A DNA stretch of 14,406 bases from a bacterium (GTDB taxonomy: Bacteria; Babelota; Babeliae; Babelales; JAUWHS01): contig JBDRFY010000065.1 of the NCBI GenBank assembly GCA_043818275.1, positions 1-14,406 of the forward strand. The letters run 5' to 3'. Below, piece by piece: positions 9,022 through 14,406 of this stretch. The position numbers were made by a program, and so were the translations under genes. Under the pieces are notes generated by a model. The model had not been told where the DNA came from and searched no databases. It was given only the letters and a program-made list of their open reading frames with translations. Each line of letters begins with the position of its first letter. Within the stretch, counting starts at the first letter, position 1.

Positions 9022-9276
9022 TGTCTGTGGTATTAAATATCCAATTACAAATGCCCATCTTGTAAAATTAATTTCCTGATTCAACTAATCTAAATAGTTG
9101 TTAAAAGAAAGATTTATTGGTTTTAGAATGTTTTATTTTTTCAAACAGAATGAAACATTTAAATTTTTGATATTTGGTGGTCTTCAGGCTGCTACTTTTA
9201 TTGCATATTTTTTTTAGGGTGTTATATTCAGTCACTAGTTATTTGGGGATTTATAAATCTTTTGGGGGACATTCTC

Positions 9277-11541
9277 GTGAAGAATAAACTTAAAATAATT
9301 CTATTCATATCTTTTATTTCATTAAATTCTTTTTATTTATTTGGCAATGAACAAGCCAAAAATTTTGTTGAAAATGCCACGTCTAATTTTGATGTTGATA
9401 TGTTTTTAAATGCTTTATCCAATGTTGTAAACGAAGTTAAGCAATTAGATTTTGACAGATCAGTAGAATTTGCGGTTCGAATTCCGGTTGCAAATCAAGA
9501 GTTAGTTTATAATTGGGGTTTTGTGGGTTCAGGAGATTTATTTACTCCAATTAATTCTGTTAAACCATATCTTAGATCTGTTGCCGTAAGCGCGAGCAAA
9601 GATAATTTTGCTCTTGATTTAGGCAAGGCATTGCTTGAAGATAAAGTTAATCAATATGGTCAAAAAGTTGCGGTTGTAGATAGAATTTTGCAATTTGAGC
9701 TTTCTCCAAAAGTTGTTTTTTCAATTAAATTAATTTTACTTTTGAAAAAAATTAATAAAGTTGCACAGGAAAAAATATATGCTGATGCATTAAGACTTTT
9801 AATCAGATTAGTTCAGGTTGATGATTTTAAAGTATTGAAAGAAAATGAAACGATTTCTTCTTATTTACCTGCAAGTGTTGTTTCAAATATTCAAAAAATA
9901 GCGCCAGAACTTCTTATTTTTATGGATGAGGTATTTAACGCCTTTGCTCAGACAAATGAAGAAGAAGGATTAACAGAGAAATTTGTTTCTACCATGGGAT
10001 TTGTTTTTAATGATAAGAAATTAGCAGAACGTTTTTTTGATAAATGGCAAAATTACAAAGGAAATAATTTTGTTGCAGAATTAAATAAAGCAGTTGTAGC
10101 TGCTGGTTATGAAAAATGTGATGATTATGATCAGTTTATCGGATTAAAAGAAACAGGATTATTAAACGAAAAACTTTTTGCCGTTAAAGATTTTGGGGCA
10201 GTTAATACATCTATACAAATGCCAGATAGTTTAAAAACTCAAGCTTTATCAGTAAATCAATTTCCAAAAGTTTTAAAAATTGATTCTGAAAATGAAACAT
10301 GGATTTTATATGTAACAGATAAGCTTGGCGCTGCTCAAACAGTCAGAGCTCTTATTTCTTCATTAATTCAGACATTTAAAGATTACAAAGATGCCAGATC
10401 AAATTATTTCAAACAAAATTCTGTGCAAGATGCTCAATTTAAAAAACTTCTTGATGAGCAACAGCGCAAAATTGCAAAAATGGAAAAATTTTTGGCAATT
10501 TCAACGGGTCAAGCCTCTGTTGCTAGAGTTGAAAATGAATTAAATAGGATTAATTTAGAATTTGCCGCTACAGGTAATGTTTCAAGTATTAATTCAGAAT
10601 TAGAACAGTTAACTGAAAAAGAAAAAGAGTTAAAAGTAGAGATAAAAGAAAGCAGCTCTAACGGAAAATTGAATCAGGAACAAGTTAAGCAGATTCTGCA
10701 AAAACAAGACGAACTAAATAAAGTAAAAAAACGTAAAAGAGCTTTAAATCAAAAAATTGAAAATTCTAAAAAAACAACAAAGCAACGAAAAAATGAATTA
10801 GATGAAGCTTTAAATGATTTACATGAACTTGAAGTAATAGTTGTTCAACAAAAAGCTGTAGGTGAATCAGTTAATTCTGACTTACAACTTGCAATTGAAG
10901 ATTTGAAAGAAAAAATTGAACAACTTCAAGGAAATGATGATAGTGGTCTTGATTTTAATTCAAGATTAAGAAAGCGATTGTTGATTGCCCAAGCATATTT
11001 AAATGAATCAGAATTACTTGAAAATGAATTAAATTTAAAATTGTCTGAAATTGATATGGTTATCGATTCATCAAAAAAACGAATAGAAGAATTGAAATTT
11101 TCGGTTTTTAAAGAACAGTATGAATTGAGAATCGATGATTTAAGGTCAGAAGCTAAAAAAATTATGGATGATAATGATAAAGCAAGAGAGTTTTATGAAT
11201 TAAAAGAAGCTGTAAAGTTTGTTGGTGATATTTCGGATGAACAATCTCAAAAAATTCAAAAACTTGAAAATGCAGTTGGATACATTGTTGAAGGTAAACA
11301 ATGTGTAAGCAAATTAATGGGTTATTTACAAAACAATAAAGAAATAAAAGAATTTGTTGATTTGGTTAACAGCCAAATTCCAGAGTATCAGGGGATCAGG
11401 GATGTTTTAATTAAGCGTCTGGAATTTTTGGCTGCAAATTCTGAATACATTAAAAATAATAAAGCCACATTAGATGTTTTGATTAAAAAATTGTTACCAG
11501 AATTTCCAATATCATTAAGAGATTGTTGCAGTTCAAATTAA
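9277..11541 (+). CDS. Large hypothetical secreted protein with a long coiled-coil region
   Basis: About 754 aa. The in-frame GTG at 9277, 7 nt after GGGGGA, is preferred to the track's TTG at 9262. Signal peptide; heptad-rich E/K/L/Q region from about aa 390 to 650. Confidence 0.85.
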   Translation: MKNKLKIILFISFISLNSFYLFGNEQAKNFVENATSNFDVDMFLNALSNVVNEVKQLDFDRSVEFAVRIPVANQELVYNWGFVGSGDLFTPINSVKPYLRSVAVSASKDNFALDLGKALLEDKVNQYGQKVAVVDRILQFELSPKVVFSIKLILLLKKINKVAQEKIYADALRLLIRLVQVDDFKVLKENETISSYLPASVVSNIQKIAPELLIFMDEVFNAFAQTNEEEGLTEKFVSTMGFVFNDKKLAERFFDKWQNYKGNNFVAELNKAVVAAGYEKCDDYDQFIGLKETGLLNEKLFAVKDFGAVNTSIQMPDSLKTQALSVNQFPKVLKIDSENETWILYVTDKLGAAQTVRALISSLIQTFKDYKDARSNYFKQNSVQDAQFKKLLDEQQRKIAKMEKFLAISTGQASVARVENELNRINLEFAATGNVSSINSELEQLTEKEKELKVEIKESSSNGKLNQEQVKQILQKQDELNKVKKRKRALNQKIENSKKTTKQRKNELDEALNDLHELEVIVVQQKAVGESVNSDLQLAIEDLKEKIEQLQGNDDSGLDFNSRLRKRLLIAQAYLNESELLENELNLKLSEIDMVIDSSKKRIEELKFSVFKEQYELRIDDLRSEAKKIMDDNDKAREFYELKEAVKFVGDISDEQSQKIQKLENAVGYIVEGKQCVSKLMGYLQNNKEIKEFVDLVNSQIPEYQGIRDVLIKRLEFLAANSEYIKNNKATLDVLIKKLLPEFPISLRDCCSSN

Positions 11542-11563
11542 TAAAGAGGGTTGGGGGCAATTA

Positions 11564-11624
11564 GTGTAAGGATGTTGTGCTTTTTTGTTGGGTGGTTGTG
11601 CAGCATTCCTTACACGCCTTTTTT
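11564..11624 (+). terminator. Long hairpin with U-tract, probable terminator
   Basis: GTGTAAGGA 11564-72 pairs with TCCTTACAC 11607-15, extended inward by G:U-containing pairs and followed by GCCTTTTTT; just after the 11541 stop. Confidence 0.65.
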
Positions 11625-11682
11625 ATTCTACTTCGCCAAAAAACCCATTTTTTAAAAATAAGTATAGTTGGCTACGAAGAAT
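11625..11682 (-). repeat. CGAAG-family hairpin with an expanded 28-nt AT-rich loop
   Basis: The minus strand reads ATTCTT-CGTAG-CCAA-(28 nt)-TTGG-CGAAG-TAGAAT, the same architecture as the modules at 155-207, 8958-9013, 13102-13143 and 14154-14183. Confidence 0.6.
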
Positions 11683-11740
11683 TTCGCGCGATTCAACTGC
11701 TTTTAAGCAGTTGAGCGCTTCATTTTAGGGACACATTTTC

Positions 11741-12781
11741 ATGAAAAATTTTAAAATTCTTGTTTGTTCATTTTTAATAGTTTGTTTTTTGGGCGCGGCT
11801 GATACAGGTACTCAAACATATGAAATTGATTTTAATCCCTTAATTTCATTAACTGAAAAATTTAATAATCTTGAAGAGAATGCTAAAAAATTATCCAAGG
11901 AGTTAGCTGAAATTAAAACAGATTTAAGTATTCATTTAAAATTAAAATATGATTTTTATTTTAAATTTATAGAACAACTTTTTAAAGATCAGGAAAAATT
12001 GTTGGAACAATCTGATGTGCAACCTTCAGATTGCAAATTTGAAGAATTAGAAGAAAATCTTAAATTTTTAAAAAATTTAGTTGATTTCTGGCAAAGAATA
12101 ACCTTGAAACTTCAAATTTTAAATCTTTATCTTTCCAGTCAAAATAAACAATTAACTGAGCAAGAATTGTTAGATATCAAATTAAATGTCTTTGATTATT
12201 TATTTTTAAATTTATCAGATATTAAAACAAACGATTTAAATAAATACATAACAAATGTTGTTCGAAAATTTATTCCTAAAAAAATTTATTCATCATTGTT
12301 TAAATCCAATGATGTAGCTTATCAGTTACTTGAAATAGATTTTGAAAATGAAAAGGGATTTTTTAAGACTTATGAAAAAGTAGAGCAGGCATTACAAAAT
12401 TCTGAAGATTCTGAAGGATTAAATTCTTTGTGGGCTGAACTTGAAAAACAAAAAGATGAAATACGAAAGTATTTATTTCAAAATTGGGATTATTTAGAAA
12501 AAAATGAAAAACGAAACTTTGAGTTGATAGAGATTGTTTTTGAATCTTTACAAATTAAAATTATTAAAGTGCTGACTCAAGAAAGCAATTCTTCTTTTCG
12601 GAATGAAGAAAAAAATGAATCTGATTCTGTTATCAAAATTAAATTTGAAGGGATTGACTCAGATTTGATCTCAAGTGTCGTAAAAAAACTTTTAGCTGAG
12701 TTAGGACCGGTTAATTTAACAAAAATAATTCTTTCTGGCGCCTGGGAAAAATTGGCGTCATTTTTTATATTTTTCAGCTAA
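11741..12781 (+). CDS. Hypothetical secreted alpha-helical protein
   Basis: 346 aa. Signal peptide (MKNFKILVCSFLIVCFLGA); AGGGA SD-like sequence upstream; helical E/K/L-rich composition. Confidence 0.8.
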   Translation: MKNFKILVCSFLIVCFLGAADTGTQTYEIDFNPLISLTEKFNNLEENAKKLSKELAEIKTDLSIHLKLKYDFYFKFIEQLFKDQEKLLEQSDVQPSDCKFEELEENLKFLKNLVDFWQRITLKLQILNLYLSSQNKQLTEQELLDIKLNVFDYLFLNLSDIKTNDLNKYITNVVRKFIPKKIYSSLFKSNDVAYQLLEIDFENEKGFFKTYEKVEQALQNSEDSEGLNSLWAELEKQKDEIRKYLFQNWDYLEKNEKRNFELIEIVFESLQIKIIKVLTQESNSSFRNEEKNESDSVIKIKFEGIDSDLISSVVKKLLAELGPVNLTKIILSGAWEKLASFFIFFS

Positions 12782-12955
12782 ATAATTTTTCAGTTGTTTA
12801 ATTTTTTTAATAAACCATTTATTACCCAGAAGCGCTATTCCGATGGCAATTAACAAAAATCCCTGAATAATTGGTAAAAAGCTTCCAATTATTCCAAAAA
12901 TTATTAGAATTATTCCAGTTACCTTTTTTAAAATATCCAAAATATTATTTTTCAT
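12758..12955 (-). CDS. Small two-helix membrane protein (PGPGW/DUF454-like)
   Basis: GIILIIFGIIGSFLPIIQGFLLIAIGIALLG helical hairpin with a basic tail. The second ATG (12955) follows a GAGG SD. It overlaps the convergent upstream ORF by 24 nt. Confidence 0.75.
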   Translation of the reverse strand: MKNNILDILKKVTGIILIIFGIIGSFLPIIQGFLLIAIGIALLGNKWFIKKIKQLKNYLAEKYKK

Positions 12956-12957
12956 TT

Positions 12958-12985
12958 TTGAAATCCTCTTTCGCATAATTAAAAT
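12958..12985 (+). promoter_or_regulatory. Putative sigma70 promoter for tRNA-Gln
   Basis: TTGAAA (12958-63), 16-nt spacer, TAAAAT (12980-85), ending 11 nt before the tRNA. The AT-rich background lowers specificity. Confidence 0.4.
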
Positions 12986-12996
12986 TTTAAACGCAT

Positions 12997-13070
12997 TGGG
13001 AAGTCGTCTAGTGGTAGGACCCTGGATTCTGGATCCAGTTACAGAGGTTCGAATCCTCTCTTCCCAGCCA
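12997..13070 (+). tRNA. tRNA-Gln (anticodon CTG)
   Basis: Acceptor stem TGGGAAG/CTTCCCA with the U1-A72 pair typical of Gln; D arm GTCTAGTGGTAGGAC; anticodon stem CTGGA/TCCAG with loop TT-CTG-GA; T arm AGAGG-TTCGAAT-CCTCT; discriminator G and encoded CCA. Confidence 0.97.
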
Positions 13071-13168
13071 GCCTTCGCTCCAAGGAGCGGAGTTTATCCT
13101 GCATGTCCTGCGAAGTACCGCCATCTGGCGGCACGAAGTAGGGAGCTGTGTCGAAGGGGCTGGGCAGC
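13068..13168. repeat. Four-level nested palindromic repeat attached to the tRNA 3' end
   Basis: CCAGC-CTTCG-CTC-CAAG-GAG-C [GGAGTTTATCCTG {CATG-TCCTG-CGAA (GTACCGCCATCTGGCGGCAC) GAAG-TAGGG} AGCTGTGTCGAAGGG] GCTGG. Each layer has a relative elsewhere in the window. Confidence 0.75.
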
Positions 13169-13330
13169 TTGCTCCGACAAAGCTTTTACTCTTTCGCTTA
13201 AGCTTAAAAGCAGAAAAAAGATGTATAAATTATAAATTCTGGCTTTTTTCAAATTAATATATTAATTTTTTGTAGATTGGTTAATTGGTCATAAGAGTAA
13301 CTTTAAACGAATCGAAGGAGCTAAGCAATC

Positions 13331-13534
13331 ATGGCATATAGCGTAAAATCCAAAAAAAGTGGAAAAATGTATTATCTTCACACCAAAGAAGTAAAGCTTG
13401 CAGGTGATCGCAAACAAAGAATTTATTATTTTGCAGGTGAGGCAGGTAAAAACACATTAGATGCATTGCCAACCGGATATGAAGTTATGGAAAACAAGCG
13501 CACCGGACTTCCAATGCTTCGTAAAAAGAAATAA
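13331..13534 (+). CDS. Small basic hypothetical protein
   Basis: 67 aa. Strong GAAGGAG SD at 13314-20; beta-strand-like YYLH and IYYF motifs; LPTGYEV and TGLPMLRKK; hairpin downstream. Confidence 0.85.
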   Translation: MAYSVKSKKSGKMYYLHTKEVKLAGDRKQRIYYFAGEAGKNTLDALPTGYEVMENKRTGLPMLRKKK

Positions 13535-13565
13535 TCAAATTTTTCAATAGAACGTTAATTTTTTT

Positions 13566-13598
13566 AAGGCTACGGTTAATAAATTTAACTGTGGCCTT
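13566..13598 (+). terminator. Hairpin between convergent genes, probable terminator
   Basis: AAGGCTACGGTTAA and TTAACTGTGGCCTT form a 14-bp stem with two G:U pairs on the + strand; the U-tract is weak. Confidence 0.55.
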
Positions 13599-14028
13599 AT
13601 TCATATTGAATTTTTTTACCGCGCATTTTTTTGATTTCGCCTCGATGTTTTTTTACTTGCAGGCGAGATTCTTTTGCTTTTTTTGGAATTCGCGTTTTCA
13701 TTCTTTTTTTAGGAACATGCATAGCTTTAGCGATTTTTTTTGCCATACGCTCAAGCGCCATTTGTTTGTTTTGTAGCTGACTGCGTGTTGCGTTACTGTG
13801 AATAATTAAGTCCCCATCCTTTGTTAATTGTGTTTGTAGATTTTGAAGAACTCGTTCTTTTTGCTCTTCATTTAAAGCTGTTGTTTTTTTTACATTCCAA
13901 CGCGCGGTTATTCGTGTATCTGTTTTGTTAACGTGTTGACCTCCGGCTCCGCCCGACCTGCTTGTTGATATCTCAAGCTCATGACCGGGAATAACAATGC
14001 TATTTTTAACAGGCAAATCATTTTTCAT
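13597..14028 (-). CDS. arfB: Alternative ribosome rescue factor B (peptidyl-tRNA hydrolase, YaeJ)
   Basis: 143 aa. RSGGAGGQHVNKT (GGQ motif); RSQLQNK; basic C-terminal tail with PKKRMKT and SRLQVKKHRGEIKKMR. Confidence 0.95.
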   Translation of the reverse strand: MKNDLPVKNSIVIPGHELEISTSRSGGAGGQHVNKTDTRITARWNVKKTTALNEEQKERVLQNLQTQLTKDGDLIIHSNATRSQLQNKQMALERMAKKIAKAMHVPKKRMKTRIPKKAKESRLQVKKHRGEIKKMRGKKIQYE

Positions 14029-14141
14029 AAAGACCCTTTTTTAATAAAAGCTAAATCAATATTTTCAAAGTTTTAATTTATATACTGATGTTACGCATAA
14101 TCTTAATTTCTTTATTATGCTCAAATAAAAAATATCCCACA

Positions 14142-14207
14142 CCGCTCGTCCTGCCTGCCTGCCGAAGCCTTGGCGAAGGTTGGAGCGCAGTCGAAGGATT
14201 ACGAGCG
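14142..14207. repeat. REP-like palindrome interrupted by a CGAAG-family hairpin
   Basis: CCGCTCGTCCTG [CCTGCCTGCCGAAGCCTTGGCGAAGGTTGG] AGCGCAGTCGAAGGATTACGAGCG; the outer stem CGCTCGT/ACGAGCG is perfect. Confidence 0.8.
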
Positions 14208-14272
14208 ACAAATTCGTGAATAAATATTTATTGAATTGTAAATTTTCATTGCATACATTCTATACACAGGAG

Positions 14273-14404
14273 TTACGCAATATAACCAAAGTTTCTACTG
14301 AATGACCTTATCCGTTGCCACGATTTAGTCAGTTTTGCGGACTGAAGATAACTTACCGCATCTTCAGTCCGTTCATAATTTAATTTAAAAGATACTTCTT
14401 GCAA
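14273..14404 (-). CDS. Possible 3' end of a gene running off the window
   Basis: 43 sense codons open from the window edge (LQEVSFKLNYERTEDAVSYLQSAKLTKSWQRIRSFSRNFGYIA, stop TAA at 14273-75); no recognisable motif. Confidence 0.4.
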   Translation of the reverse strand: MQEVSFKLNYERTEDAVSYLQSAKLTKSWQRIRSFSRNFGYIA

Positions 14405-14406
14405 AA

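Noticed and set aside
8851..9036. 61-aa + ORF
   Set aside because: Lies almost entirely in GC-rich REP modules and has no SD.
12996..13235. 79-aa + ORF
   Set aside because: A translation of tRNA-Gln and the nested repeat.
13591..13776. 61-aa + ORF
   Set aside because: Antisense to the Lys-rich arfB tail.
14261..14330. Purine-riboswitch-like words (AATAT..GTTTCTAC..CCTTA) and T-box-like GTGGCAACG on the minus strand
   Set aside because: The P2/P3 stems and GG-CC loop pairing cannot be formed, and there is no T-box stem I or terminator.
1..14406. CRISPR array, autonomous IS, or prophage/integrase at the tRNA
   Set aside because: No regularly spaced direct repeats, no cas, transposase or integrase ORF, and I saw no duplicated tRNA 3' end.

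Overview
AT-rich bacterial chromosomal segment from a diderm organism. The many orphan signal-peptide proteins suggest Candidatus Dependentiae/Babelota (TM6), but this is an inference. Recognisable genes are bamA, an alpha/beta-hydrolase-like protein, an AAA_14/DUF4143 ATPase with a C-terminal PD-(D/E)xK-like motif, tRNA-Gln(CTG), a small membrane protein, a 67-aa basic protein and arfB, plus four secreted orphan proteins (two strongly coiled-coil, one possibly ART-fold). The most unusual content is intergenic. Five GC-rich patches (1-250, 8809-9021, 11625-11718, 13068-13168, 14142-14207) are built from a small shared set of palindromic modules nested inside one another. A 'CGAAG-loop-CGAAG' hairpin interrupts a second 'CTGAG...TCGAAGG' module at the same TCCTG^AGC junction at two independent loci, and uninterrupted copies of that second module are also present. 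A 67-bp periodic palindrome covers the ATPase ribosome-binding site. No transposase is encoded in the window.
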